Part shown: in pieces, positions 1-9,630 of the stretch | Position numbering within the stretch: position 1 is the stretch's first letter | Layout: every line of letters begins with the position of its first letter | IMG/VR virus record: IMGVR_UViG_3300022917_000008 | Span: 1-64,000 of that record | Reading direction: 5' to 3' (one strand) | DNA from: a virus | Taxonomy: Duplodnaviria; Caudoviricetes | DNA length: 64,000 bases | Program-made: the position numbers and the translations under genes | The notes under the pieces: model-generated | Databases searched by the model: none | The model's input: only the letters and a program-made list of their open reading frames with translations | Told to the model about the DNA's origin: nothing

Positions 1-2
1 CA

Positions 3-284
3 CTAACACTTAGTGGTACAGCTAGTGGACAGGGTGGGCACACAATCTCTTCTACTGTATGGTCAAGAGTAAGTGGACCAAATACACCTAGTATTACAAC
101 ACCTAATTCCTTAACAACAACTGTAACTGGCTTGGTAGCAGGTACTTATGTATTCAGGCTAACTGTAACAGATGATGCTTCCAATATAAGTACTGCAGAT
201 GTACAAGTACAGGTAAACTCAGCATCTACTACTTGTGGATGTCTGTTAACAAACCCAATTCCAGGTAGACTTTCAAACAACTAA
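3..284 (+). CDS. 3' end of a protein with a C-terminal PKD/Ig-like domain (partial, runs off the window start)
   Basis: Frame 3 is open from the window start to TAA at 282-284: ...TISSTVWSRVSGPNTPSITTPNSLTTTVTGLVAGTYVFRLTVTDD, a typical Bacteroidota PKD repeat. Confidence 0.8.
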   Translation, partial: LTLSGTASGQGGHTISSTVWSRVSGPNTPSITTPNSLTTTVTGLVAGTYVFRLTVTDDASNISTADVQVQVNSASTTCGCLLTNPIPGRLSNN

Positions 285-285
285 T

Positions 286-690
286 ATGAAAAAAGCAATC
301 TTATTTTCCCTAGCTATACTAAGCTTTATACTAACTAGGGCCCAACAGTCCTGTACAATTCAGGCTAACTGTAGACAAACCTACACACTATCTGCAGCAG
401 GTAAGGATAGTGTACTGATTTATGGACTTGTGACAGCCAGTGATGGTGTTAAGAGTTACACATGGGCACAGAAGAGTGGTCCCAATACTTCAGTACTAAG
501 TACTCCCACAGCTACGCAGACCTATGTAAAAGGATTAGTACCAGGTACTTATATATATGGGTTTGGTGCTACAACTGTCAAGGGAACAGTATTTGCCCCA
601 GTTGCTGATACACTGACAGTATATCCTTTTGTGGATGGCATAGACAGTGTAAGGGTTTATTACAGGTCAGGTAGGATAATTAAACAGTAA
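286..690 (+). CDS. Secreted PKD-like domain protein
   Basis: N-terminal signal peptide; SYTWAQKSGPN...GLVPGTYIY PKD-like motif. Confidence 0.7.
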   Translation: MKKAILFSLAILSFILTRAQQSCTIQANCRQTYTLSAAGKDSVLIYGLVTASDGVKSYTWAQKSGPNTSVLSTPTATQTYVKGLVPGTYIYGFGATTVKGTVFAPVADTLTVYPFVDGIDSVRVYYRSGRIIKQ

Positions 691-706
691 TCCTTACCTT
701 TGGGCT

Positions 707-958
707 ATGAAATCATTAATACTATCAGCACTCCTTCTGGTTAGTGCTTGTGCATTTGGCCAGAAGGATTCCACCAAAAGTGTGGATACAGTGAAGCCCA
801 AACAATATGTTCTGGTGCTTACAGAGGCAGATATAGCCCAGTTATTCAGCCTTGTAAGAACTAGTGGTAGGTATAGTGGAGCTGAACTTGAGGCCTATAT
901 TCAGGCTATAATGGCTAAATTGACCCCACTGGAACCCCCTAAGAAATCTTCCAAGTAA
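707..958 (+). CDS. Small protein with a signal peptide
   Basis: ORF track; hydrophobic N-terminus with an AFG cleavage-like site. Confidence 0.6.
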   Translation: MKSLILSALLLVSACAFGQKDSTKSVDTVKPKQYVLVLTEADIAQLFSLVRTSGRYSGAELEAYIQAIMAKLTPLEPPKKSSK

Positions 959-999
959 TCACAATTTTTCAGTATATTTAGATGAACAAACAACCAACA

Positions 1000-1152
1000 A
1001 TGAAAACAATGACACTTAGTGCAGATCAAGTCTCTAAGTTAGAGACTGCCTTACTAGAGATTCCAGGGAAGTTTGGTCTTCCCCTAATCCAGTTACTCCA
1101 ACTCTTTGTTCAGGAAAATTCAAAGGCCCCTGAACCAGAAGAGGAAACTTAA
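1000..1152 (+). CDS. Small hypothetical protein (50 aa, MKTMTLSADQ...)
   Basis: Read by hand; A-rich leader before the ATG; fills the intergenic gap. Confidence 0.55.
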   Translation: MKTMTLSADQVSKLETALLEIPGKFGLPLIQLLQLFVQENSKAPEPEEET

Positions 1153-1175
1153 GAAACCAGGGCCTATAACATAAC

Positions 1176-1517
1176 ATGAAGACTATCAAATGGTTATTGG
1201 GCCTTGAAAAGGGACAACTTGCTATGGCTATGCTTATGATAGCTGTAAGCTCCCTGTTTGTACAGAATCAAATTAAGGAGAGGCAGAAGGATGCTCTTAA
1301 CTTAGCCTTCAGAAATGAGCTGCTAAGAAGAGATGATAGCTGTGGCTCTGAGAAGATGAAGCTGATACAGGATGCTAATAGGAGGGTGGAGGAATTCATG
1401 AGGGTGTTATTGGATAAGTCTAAGAGAACTGAAAGGATTGTGGATAGTACTGTTCACATTAACAAAAATGTAATAAGCACAACCAAAAAACTCTTGACTC
1501 ATGGTAGGAACCATTAA
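1176..1517 (+). CDS. Membrane-anchored coiled-coil protein of the lysis region
   Basis: One N-terminal TM segment followed by a helical region; upstream of the endolysin. Confidence 0.5.
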   Translation: MKTIKWLLGLEKGQLAMAMLMIAVSSLFVQNQIKERQKDALNLAFRNELLRRDDSCGSEKMKLIQDANRRVEEFMRVLLDKSKRTERIVDSTVHINKNVISTTKKLLTHGRNH

Positions 1518-1848
1518 GACCTATGTTCTTGCATACTTGTGTATGGCTATCCTCATACTAGGGACACCTAACAAACTAGCATACACAGCTCCCCAATACG
1601 GGACTACTATTGATGATCGCCTTATCTTCAATAGTTCTGTGGTCAGTAAGATGAAGGAGTTGGATTCAACTCTAAGTAGGATAAAGGCTAAGAAGGATAC
1701 TATAGTTCTTCAGCAAGAGGAAATGAAGAACATAGCACATAAAGCAAAAGCTAATGTCAACAAAGTCTATTCTGTGGATATCCTTATCAGTCCTTCTGAC
1801 TGGGGGATTGATAATACTACTGTCCAAAGGATGCAGGAGTACAAATAG
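1501..1848 (+). CDS. Membrane-anchored protein, possible spanin component
   Basis: N-terminal TM segment plus coiled coil; overlaps both neighbours. Confidence 0.45.
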   Translation: MVGTIKTYVLAYLCMAILILGTPNKLAYTAPQYGTTIDDRLIFNSSVVSKMKELDSTLSRIKAKKDTIVLQQEEMKNIAHKAKANVNKVYSVDILISPSDWGIDNTTVQRMQEYK

Positions 1849-2428
1849 CACCATAGTACCTCCAGATACAGCTAGTGCTCCTGTGCATACATACACACAG
1901 GACTCCCTGAAGGTCAAACAACAGGAGCTACTTATTGTGCAGTCTAAAGAGACCATTGAATCTCTACAGGATAGTTTAGAGAGGATTACAGAGAAACTAA
2001 CTAAGGTAATCCCTCAATACCTAATAAGGTACAAGGACACAATAGTATACAAAGATAGGGTGATAGCCCTACAAAGAGACACTATAGTCAGGGACTCAAT
2101 AAGGTACATTGACCTGGTGTTCAGGGATAGTACTAAGTGGCATCTACTAGCAGGTCAAGTAACTAAGGATTCCATCAGATTCAACACTGAGCAGTTCTAC
2201 AATAAGACTTCCATTATAATAGGACAGAAAGGCACATGGTGGCAGCCTAAGACTGTAGTGGTGAACATAGCACAAGACAACCCTTACTTAGTAACTGGAT
2301 CAATTCAATCCTACTACTACAAGCCTAAGGAAAGGAAGTGGACCCTAGTTGCAGGGCCTTCCCTACTATTCAATGGTAAGTCCTTTTATAAAGGTGTAGC
2401 TATTACAGCAGGCTACCGCGTATTTTAA
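1754..2428 (+). CDS. Putative spanin-like (lipo)protein
   Basis: Signal/TM segment ending in SKGC, coiled coil, beta-rich C-terminus ending in F; lysis-cassette position. Confidence 0.5.
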   Translation: MSTKSILWISLSVLLTGGLIILLSKGCRSTNSTIVPPDTASAPVHTYTQDSLKVKQQELLIVQSKETIESLQDSLERITEKLTKVIPQYLIRYKDTIVYKDRVIALQRDTIVRDSIRYIDLVFRDSTKWHLLAGQVTKDSIRFNTEQFYNKTSIIIGQKGTWWQPKTVVVNIAQDNPYLVTGSIQSYYYKPKERKWTLVAGPSLLFNGKSFYKGVAITAGYRVF

Positions 2429-2447
2429 CAAAAACAACCCTCATACA

Positions 2448-2807
2448 ATGGCAGTAACACAAGATTCAAACAGTGTAATCAAATTCCTAGCTGAGTTAGT
2501 AGCTAGGTTGTTCTCAAAGACTCCTGTCTTCTTCAAAGTGATACAGGTGATCTCAGTAATAGTAACTGTAGTAACTGGTTTACCAGGACTGCTAGAATCA
2601 GTTAACATTACCTTACCTCCAGCACTCAGTGTATTACAGAGTAAGATAGCTGCAATAGCAGGTCTTGTATCTCTATTCATTTCTTCTCTACCTGTAACTA
2701 CAGCAGTATCAACTTCAGGTGCAGCTAGAACTACTTCAGAAGCTTTACCATTCACAACAGGGGCATCAGAGACTCCAACAGTAACTACTCCTGCAATTAG
2801 GAAATAA
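2448..2807 (+). CDS. Putative holin
   Basis: Two TM helices, SKTPVFFK motif, immediately upstream of the endolysin. Confidence 0.6.
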   Translation: MAVTQDSNSVIKFLAELVARLFSKTPVFFKVIQVISVIVTVVTGLPGLLESVNITLPPALSVLQSKIAAIAGLVSLFISSLPVTTAVSTSGAARTTSEALPFTTGASETPTVTTPAIRK

Positions 2808-2809
2808 TT

Positions 2810-3271
2810 ATGAAAGTCAGTTCTTCATTCTTTAGTCTTTTGGAATACTTTGAGGGCTTTGTATCTTGTCCCTACAAGGACAGTGCAGGTGTTCCCACAA
2901 TAGGAATAGGCACAACAAGGTATCCAGATGGAACTAGAGTGAAGATGACTGATGAATGTGTCAAGCATGACAAGGCTATATTCTATGCTACAAATGCAAT
3001 AGCAGGGGTAGAATGGGCTATCTCCTCACTAGGGCTAAATCTCACCCAGAATCAATTTGATGCACTTGTCTCCTTTGTGTACAACATAGGGACAGGTGCA
3101 TTCTCAGGTTCAACTCTACTTAAGAAACTGAAGGTCAACCCAAATGATCTCAGCATTAGACAAGAGTTCATGAAGTGGACTAAAGTTAGGGTGAATGGAG
3201 AGCTAACCACAAGTGACTGGCAAGTCAAGAGAAGAACAAGAGAGGCTAACCTATATTACAACTCACACTAA
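2810..3271 (+). CDS. Endolysin, GH24 phage lysozyme
   Basis: FEG...PYKDSAGVPTIGIG catalytic E-x8-D-x5-T motif, QNQFDALVSFVYNIG, C-terminal RR..E. Confidence 0.95.
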   Translation: MKVSSSFFSLLEYFEGFVSCPYKDSAGVPTIGIGTTRYPDGTRVKMTDECVKHDKAIFYATNAIAGVEWAISSLGLNLTQNQFDALVSFVYNIGTGAFSGSTLLKKLKVNPNDLSIRQEFMKWTKVRVNGELTTSDWQVKRRTREANLYYNSH

Positions 3272-3545
3272 ACTCACACCGAGCCATGGATAAAAAAAAT
3301 ACCCAGAAAGGGGTTATCCCCTTAGTTACTGCTAACTGTGGACAACAGGGCTGCAGTATACCCTATATTATGCCTTATGCAGGAACTCAATCTGACTTCC
3401 AGAGGCATGCAGAAGAGAAGTTCAAACCCTTCAAAAAAGCAGCATAATGTGTCAGCTATGTGTCCTAAGTGGGCAATGCGCAATATGCCCCTTGATTATT
3501 AAGAAATAAACTGTTCTTCCTCCAGTATAAGAGGATTACTCAACC

Positions 3546-3797
3546 ATGTCAATAACAAAGTGGTTTATCAAGAAAGGGATGGTCTATAACATGAACACCC
3601 CTAATGCAGACAATGGATTTGATCTGCTTAAGTGGCTAAGACAATCATTGCTTAGCTACCTGAATGTAGCCTACTATGACAACTGTTGTGACACTGGCAA
3701 GACTACTCTTCCAGTAAGATACAACAGCACATCTCAGAAGTTGGAGTACTTCAATGGCACTGCATGGGTTAAACCCCCATCTACTGCACTGACCTAA
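3546..3797 (+). CDS. Hypothetical protein
   Basis: ORF track; YNSTSQKLEYFNGTAW motif resembles tail-fibre-associated repeats. Confidence 0.55.
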   Translation: MSITKWFIKKGMVYNMNTPNADNGFDLLKWLRQSLLSYLNVAYYDNCCDTGKTTLPVRYNSTSQKLEYFNGTAWVKPPSTALT

Positions 3798-3802
3798 TAA
3801 GA

Positions 3803-3829
3803 AAGGGAGGACACTTGTTCCTCCCTTTT
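3803..3829. terminator. Bidirectional intrinsic terminator between the convergent transcription blocks
   Basis: aaagggagga-cacttgt-tcctcccttt hairpin with A/T tracts on both sides, at the strand switch. Confidence 0.8.
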
Positions 3830-3832
3830 GTT

Positions 3833-4282
3833 TTATGGGGCCATAAATGCAGTGTTAGTATCTCTATGTGCAACTAACTTAGGCTTCAACCATGCCCTTT
3901 CAGTGATCTTCCTCTGTGTTTTCCTCATATTGCGGAACACAGAGTTTGTTACTGAGTTCAGGTAACATAGCATCATCTCAACCCCCTTTCCTTCATACCT
4001 GCTTTGCATAGCAGTAGATATGGGGAAGTGTCCATAGCCTTCATTCATCCTAGTCTCAGCTAGACTCTTACCAATGCTCTTGTTGAAGTTGTCCTCATCC
4101 AGGTTACAGATGGATACCCCATACCATATGCTATTGCCTACTCCTTTCATGGCAACAGTAGCCCTGGAGTTGGTAAAACTGTCAATCTCTGATTGGGAGT
4201 AACCATACTGTATTAACTCCCTTTCAGTCATCTTCTCCACATAAGGAGTGAAGGCATAAAATGTCTTGTCTTCCATAGTCAA
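3833..4282 (-). CDS. Hypothetical phage protein
   Basis: ORF track; C...D.F.K..GK..A..R motif common in phage proteins. Confidence 0.7.
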   Translation of the reverse strand: MTMEDKTFYAFTPYVEKMTERELIQYGYSQSEIDSFTNSRATVAMKGVGNSIWYGVSICNLDEDNFNKSIGKSLAETRMNEGYGHFPISTAMQSRYEGKGVEMMLCYLNSVTNSVFRNMRKTQRKITERAWLKPKLVAHRDTNTAFMAP

Positions 4283-5005
4283 TTATTCTAATATGTACTT
4301 GACTCCATCGAACACAATAGCTTCAATTGTGTTGATGTTTACAGGCCTTGGTGCCTTCTTCTGCATATCCATGCACTGATATCTTCCATCCCTGGATGTA
4401 AACTGCAGCTTGTAGCCAATCAGGGTTCTCATCTCACCAGGTTTTGTGCCTGTAACGGGATTCTCCTGTACCTTCCTTAGCTCAGCTTCAGCAGCTGCTG
4501 CAACCCCTGTTTTACCCTTTTGTGCTTTGGATATAGCTTCCAGTGCATTCTTGATTTGAGTGTCCCTAAGAGCCTCTAATTCCTTCTTGGTAAGGCTCTC
4601 ATCCTGCTTTTGGAATGTCACAGCAAACACTTGGGCAGAATGGATGTTCTCCCAGATAGTCCTAATGCCTGGTGTATGAATATCCCCCAACTTAGGCATA
4701 TCCTTTGGATCATATCCAATCTTCTGGGCAGCAATCCACTCCTGTATCCTCTTGTCATTCCACAGCTTGTCTTCCTTACCAACAGTCACTGTCTTGTGAT
4801 ACTGGTTAGCACTGCACAGAAGCACCTCAACATAACTAGGGTCAAGGGTTACTGTTTGGTTGGACTCATGATGCAGTAGTTTGAGTTCACCCTTCGCATC
4901 TTTCTCAATGAATGTATAATGAGATACTTCAGAGAATACATCTCCTACTGCTATCTCATTAATGACTACCTTAGTAGTCTTCTTTGGGGCTGTACTTGTT
5001 GCCAT
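4283..5005 (-). CDS. Hypothetical protein
   Basis: ORF track; tightly packed with neighbours. Confidence 0.75.
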   Translation of the reverse strand: MATSTAPKKTTKVVINEIAVGDVFSEVSHYTFIEKDAKGELKLLHHESNQTVTLDPSYVEVLLCSANQYHKTVTVGKEDKLWNDKRIQEWIAAQKIGYDPKDMPKLGDIHTPGIRTIWENIHSAQVFAVTFQKQDESLTKKELEALRDTQIKNALEAISKAQKGKTGVAAAAEAELRKVQENPVTGTKPGEMRTLIGYKLQFTSRDGRYQCMDMQKKAPRPVNINTIEAIVFDGVKYILE

Positions 5006-5007
5006 GT

Positions 5008-5748
5008 TTATTTGTTTTCCTCTTTATCAAGTCTTTTGAAGAATCCAGCTTTGAGTTGTTTCTGGGATTCACCATCAGATAATGCTTTCCTGTACCTGGT
5101 AGTAGCAAGGTTAGACCTATCATAGGACATTTTGATGCCACTAGCAGTGTTATCATGTGCTAACATGTTGTCAGGCATGAATCCCATTGCTTCCATGGTC
5201 CTCAGTTCCTCCTTAGTGCTCATAAAGGTCACAGTGAAGTTATGATGATCCTCCACCTGTTTAATGAGCTTGGTAAGTGCCTCAGACTTAGGGGGTCCCC
5301 AAACACCACCATCCCTCTGGTAGAGACCCTTTGAGCTGTTCTCCTCACCATCAGTAAATATCTTCAGCAGTACTTTGTCTGATAGATGTTTAGCCTTCAC
5401 TATCTCTTCAATAGTCTCTCCAACTGTCTGAAACAGTGGAGTATTACCATGTGCACCTCTACCTCTGATAGCAGAGCAGGCTACTACAGGAGACATGAAG
5501 TAATGCCTTGTAGTCAAGCCTTTAGGATTGTCAGAACTGAACTCTATGACTGTCATAGTAGTAGTTACACCATCCTGTGGTGTCTTAGCTTGGATTTCAA
5601 TGTCCTCATTGACTCCAACTAATGCATTTATATACTTGCCCCCATAGGCCATGGAAGAGGAGGCATCAAGAATGTGCACAATGTGGACTGTTCCACCTGT
5701 CACATTCGAATTGGGATTGCCCAATGTAGCTTTGTTATCGTCTCTCAT
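5008..5748 (-). CDS. vWA-domain protein
   Basis: ILDASSSM MIDAS motif, GNTPL, IFTDGEENSS. Confidence 0.85.
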   Translation of the reverse strand: MRDDNKATLGNPNSNVTGGTVHIVHILDASSSMAYGGKYINALVGVNEDIEIQAKTPQDGVTTTMTVIEFSSDNPKGLTTRHYFMSPVVACSAIRGRGAHGNTPLFQTVGETIEEIVKAKHLSDKVLLKIFTDGEENSSKGLYQRDGGVWGPPKSEALTKLIKQVEDHHNFTVTFMSTKEELRTMEAMGFMPDNMLAHDNTASGIKMSYDRSNLATTRYRKALSDGESQKQLKAGFFKRLDKEENK

Positions 5749-5750
5749 AA

Positions 5751-6077
5751 TTACCTGTTATCTCCTGATCCACCAATAACACCCCTTTCTCTCCTGCTTA
5801 TAAGCTTCTTCATATTGTAGCTAGCAGCTACTTCTAAGCTGGAGTCAAGGTCTTTTAGTAAGGCTGCAAGGTACCATAGGACATCACCACACTCATCTAT
5901 GATAGCAACTTTACTATCTGCATCAAACACACCACCTTTGTCCCTAAGTACCTTTTTGATCTTACCCTGTACTTCCCCAGCTTCATTACCTAAGCCTAGT
6001 GCTGGGTACACTATTTTATCACCACCATTGTATATGGCACTTATCATTGCCACATCTTCATACTCCTTGAAATTCAT
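5751..6077 (-). CDS. MazG-like nucleotide pyrophosphohydrolase
   Basis: LGLGNEAGEV...DECGDVLWY motifs. Confidence 0.9.
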   Translation of the reverse strand: MNFKEYEDVAMISAIYNGGDKIVYPALGLGNEAGEVQGKIKKVLRDKGGVFDADSKVAIIDECGDVLWYLAALLKDLDSSLEVAASYNMKKLISRRERGVIGGSGDNR

Positions 6078-6093
6078 TGAAGTCTAAATGAAG

Positions 6094-6474
6094 TTAGAGA
6101 TTGTACTTCTTCTTTATTCTTTTATAAGTCTGCATATCCTGTTCCTTCTCTCTTTCTTCATTGTTCTTTTTGAATTCCCTTACTCTCTTCTCTTGGGCTA
6201 GCCTGCTCTTCTTTTCAGTAGGAGTCTCTAGCCTTCTGCCATATACTATCATGCTATAGCCATCAGCCTGTACATGAGTTATCACCCCACCTTCATACTT
6301 GGTCTGGAATCCCTCAATAGCTTTATCCACAGTATTTATAAGGTGTTCTTTGAGTAATCCTTGCTCATCCACCTTCATCCTTCGTGAGACTATACTGACA
6401 GCATAGTTACAGTCAATCATCTTAGTTTTGCCTTGACTTTCCTGCTTTGTCCCTACTTGTTCCATGATGATCAA
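6094..6474 (-). CDS. Hypothetical protein
   Basis: ORF track; the true start may be downstream. Confidence 0.6.
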   Translation of the reverse strand: MIIMEQVGTKQESQGKTKMIDCNYAVSIVSRRMKVDEQGLLKEHLINTVDKAIEGFQTKYEGGVITHVQADGYSMIVYGRRLETPTEKKSRLAQEKRVREFKKNNEEREKEQDMQTYKRIKKKYNL

Positions 6475-7024
6475 TTAACTTAGGTGTTCTCTTCCCCATG
6501 ATCTTCAATATCTCTTCTAGTGCAAAGGGTCTGTACTCCTCATACATGGCATAAGCAGCATCAACTCCTACGTCCATACTCTTACCCCAGGGTTCATATT
6601 CAAGTCTTCCATGTGAGTGTCCATATAGATGTATAGAGCCATGGTGACTCTTATTCCACACTCTGTGTGCATAGTGACTAAGGCAGAACCTCACCCCTTC
6701 TATATCCACTTCAAGTGCTTCATGGCAATGTCCAAATGCAGCTACTATAGAACTTCTCTTATCATGGTTACCCCTGATGTAGATAATGTCCTGACAGGCT
6801 ATCCTGTTCCTATAGTTCTTGATGGTATCATTGCCCTTGAAGGAGATATCTCCCAATATGTATAGTGTATCCTCAGGAGCAACTAGGGAATTGATCTGTC
6901 CTAGTATCTCATTATCCATCTGTTCCACACTATCAAAGTCCCTGTATCCATCTTTCCAGTTAGATACACTAGGGCCTGCTATGTTCTTGTGACCTAAGTG
7001 CAGGTCACTAGTAAACCAGATCAT
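6422..7024 (-). CDS. Calcineurin-like metallophosphoesterase
   Basis: SDLHLGH, LGD, GNHD and GHSH motifs. Confidence 0.9.
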   Translation of the reverse strand: MIWFTSDLHLGHKNIAGPSVSNWKDGYRDFDSVEQMDNEILGQINSLVAPEDTLYILGDISFKGNDTIKNYRNRIACQDIIYIRGNHDKRSSIVAAFGHCHEALEVDIEGVRFCLSHYAHRVWNKSHHGSIHLYGHSHGRLEYEPWGKSMDVGVDAAYAMYEEYRPFALEEILKIMGKRTPKLIDHHGTSRDKAGKSRQN

Positions 7025-7025
7025 G

Positions 7026-7586
7026 TTATTGTTGTTTTGGCTCTTCTACCACGGCAAACAACCTATCTGTGATCCCCTCATAAACCTTCTTTGTTCTTTC
7101 CATGATAAACTTAAAGAGTTTCTCAATAGGTTTATGGATTATGAACCACGCAAAGGAGAAAGGCCAGTAGAATATCCAGTTGAATAATTCAGCTTTGTGG
7201 TCACTAACCTTTGGCCTAAACCTACCCAAGGTTGGAGCACTATAACTGTTAGGGTGTGCCTCAAACTTCCCCTTGTACTCCTGATATTGCTGAATACTAG
7301 CCTCCACTATATCTTTCCATTTATAGAAGGACCATAGTGTACCAATCACTGCATACAACAAAAAGTATACCACAGTCCTCACTGGATTGTGAACTATTCC
7401 TACCCAAAATTGGTCTACATTTCTGCCAGCTCCACACCAATATACAAGCGCAAAGGTGACTATAACCCAGAAGGTTGACCAGCTACCAGGGTAGTCTGCT
7501 ATTTCCTGTGCTGTTATCACTGTGATGCTAGCTGCTACAATTAACAGCCAGAACCATAAGGTTCCAAATTCAAAGATTGCTATCAT
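7026..7586 (-). CDS. Multi-pass membrane protein
   Basis: About four hydrophobic segments. Confidence 0.75.
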   Translation of the reverse strand: MIAIFEFGTLWFWLLIVAASITVITAQEIADYPGSWSTFWVIVTFALVYWCGAGRNVDQFWVGIVHNPVRTVVYFLLYAVIGTLWSFYKWKDIVEASIQQYQEYKGKFEAHPNSYSAPTLGRFRPKVSDHKAELFNWIFYWPFSFAWFIIHKPIEKLFKFIMERTKKVYEGITDRLFAVVEEPKQQ

Positions 7587-8037
7587 TATTCTTCAGTTTT
7601 ATGGTTATTCGTTCCATCAGTCTTTGCTTCATAGTACTACCATCCATCTTGCCATACCACTTCATGACCTCAAGTAGTATGTCTTCCACTGTAAGTACTG
7701 GTTTCTTACTCGCCATGTAACTAAGTCTGGCTTCCTTAGTTGAGAAGTACTTCCATCCATACCTAGGTGCACCTGACTGTGCCACGTGTGTACCTATGTA
7801 CCTGGTGTTGCCAGTGGTTCCTGACTGTTCATTGTAACAGTACAACTCCTGGTCCTTGTCATAGATGTCTACTCCATCATCAGTAGTGAATATTACTGCA
7901 TCCAGCTTGTCCCAACCTTCACCATCTTCTACCACCCAACTAGGGACCTTATCACCATTTTCTGCGTAATAGTACCCTAGTTGTGGGTTTAGGGAGAGTG
8001 TTACCACCCTCCCTGTTTTTTTGTGTTTGTATTTCAT
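7570..8037 (-). CDS. Hypothetical protein
   Basis: ORF track; TTDDGVDIY motif. Confidence 0.7.
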   Translation of the reverse strand: MKYKHKKTGRVVTLSLNPQLGYYYAENGDKVPSWVVEDGEGWDKLDAVIFTTDDGVDIYDKDQELYCYNEQSGTTGNTRYIGTHVAQSGAPRYGWKYFSTKEARLSYMASKKPVLTVEDILLEVMKWYGKMDGSTMKQRLMERITIKLKNNDSNL

Positions 8038-9011
8038 TATTCTGCTTTTGGATAATCTGAGATCATGTCCCAGGCAATCTGACCCTTTTCACCCTTTCTG
8101 AAGGCATTCCAGGCCTGTATAACCATTCTCATCCTTGAGGAAGCCCTTTTATCATTCCAAGCTACAGAGCCTGTAAATGCGTTCCTAAGGCTTGTAATAG
8201 GATGAGAGGCATCCAGGGGTTCATTACTCTTCAGCATAGTGAAGAACACTGAGGAGTCATTTGGATTCACTCTGGCAGTGATATACCTGAGCGCTTGCCA
8301 TTCTGCTGGTGACAGGAACTTATCAGAGATTCTATGGAACCATGTTCCTTTCCTATTCCCAACACATGTAAAGAGTAATGGGTTATCATTCTTCTTACAC
8401 CACTCAGTAGCTTGCTTGTTGGTTATCTTACCTTTGCCTCTGATACTATTATCAGTCTGGGCTTCCAGTGTACCTCCATCATAAGCCATAATGAGTGCAA
8501 TAATTCTGTAAGGGTACTTCATCACATACTCAGGCTCCTTCTTCACAGGAGGCACAAACCTTTCTACAGGCATAGGCACCCATTTAGTTTCTCCAGCCCT
8601 AAACACATTGCGTATGTGTGGATCAATTCCAGTATGTACATTAATAGTAAATGTAACACCAGACATTAACATGGCCTTCAGCCTGTTATGAAAGTTCATC
8701 AGGTGTCCATTACTATCAATGTGTACAGTAGAGTAGCCCCCTGCATAACAGAATTCTCTTGCAGATATCTTTGCAAGGTGGCCTCTAACCTTTTCTTCCT
8801 GTAACCTACTAGGCTCATTACTAAGACTCAGTAGATATTCAAGCAGGACTTTACCTGCTTTAACACCAAATATATGGCGGTACTCAGTGAGTCCACCAGA
8901 CTTAAGATAATCAACCAGGTAGTCATTGTCTAACCTGATCCTTTTCCAATCAATGCTGCTTGACACCAATACGTTCATGTTTGTCGTCTGAAAGTAAACC
9001 TTTTTGTTCAA
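8037..9011 (-). CDS. Hypothetical protein with a degenerate ParB/DGQHR-like motif
   Basis: DSNGHLMNFHNRLKAM resembles ..DGQHRL.A. Confidence 0.45.
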   Translation of the reverse strand: MNKKVYFQTTNMNVLVSSSIDWKRIRLDNDYLVDYLKSGGLTEYRHIFGVKAGKVLLEYLLSLSNEPSRLQEEKVRGHLAKISAREFCYAGGYSTVHIDSNGHLMNFHNRLKAMLMSGVTFTINVHTGIDPHIRNVFRAGETKWVPMPVERFVPPVKKEPEYVMKYPYRIIALIMAYDGGTLEAQTDNSIRGKGKITNKQATEWCKKNDNPLLFTCVGNRKGTWFHRISDKFLSPAEWQALRYITARVNPNDSSVFFTMLKSNEPLDASHPITSLRNAFTGSVAWNDKRASSRMRMVIQAWNAFRKGEKGQIAWDMISDYPKAE

Positions 9012-9264
9012 TGTCTTCTATTCTTTGCTTCAATGTTTCAAATAGTTCCTGGGCCCTATTGACTACCTCAGTAGTAGGTGCACCAGAATAGTACTTATTA
9101 CTCATAAGTAGTGCCTTAGTTAACTCAAGCATCATATGCTCTAGCTTAGTTAATCCACCTACTTCATAAGTGCTCATGCCACTCAGCACATACTCTCCTG
9201 CTCTATTGTACCCCATTTTTGTATCGCAGTAGTGGTTGGTGGATACTGTTGCTTTAATGTCCAT
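8950..9264 (-). CDS. Hypothetical protein
   Basis: GLTKLE motif resembles the GLTKRE-type small phage proteins. Confidence 0.6.
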   Translation of the reverse strand: MDIKATVSTNHYCDTKMGYNRAGEYVLSGMSTYEVGGLTKLEHMMLELTKALLMSNKYYSGAPTTEVVNRAQELFETLKQRIEDIEQKGLLSDDKHERIGVKQH

Positions 9265-9547
9265 GCCACCTCCTTTCCTTTAGCTTGTACTTCTTGTTCC
9301 TGTATATAACAACACTATCACAGATGTCCACACTGATAGGTTCTTTACTCTTGGGGAACTCATCATCTGTTCTGTAGTACTCCACTACATAGTCTGGTAC
9401 AAGTGAGCTTTTGCTCTTTACAATCACATTGAATGTAGGGTTAGGACAGATGCACCTTGTGCCCCAGCCAGCTCTTACATGTCCCCAATCAACACATGGG
9501 GACATACTATCTAAGGTTAACCTTAGTACTAACAATAAACTTATCAT
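9254..9547 (-). CDS. Hypothetical protein (start moved to the ATG at 9547)
   Basis: The ORF-track start overlaps a terminator hairpin at ~9563-9588. Confidence 0.5.
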   Translation of the reverse strand: MISLLLVLRLTLDSMSPCVDWGHVRAGWGTRCICPNPTFNVIVKSKSSLVPDYVVEYYRTDDEFPKSKEPISVDICDSVVIYRNKKYKLKERRWHGH

Positions 9548-9630
9548 GTTACTAAAATAAAAAGGGGACCAGATTTCTCCAGTCCCCTTGTAGTTCATTC
9601 CTCACCCAGGATAGAACATTGCCTACTAAG

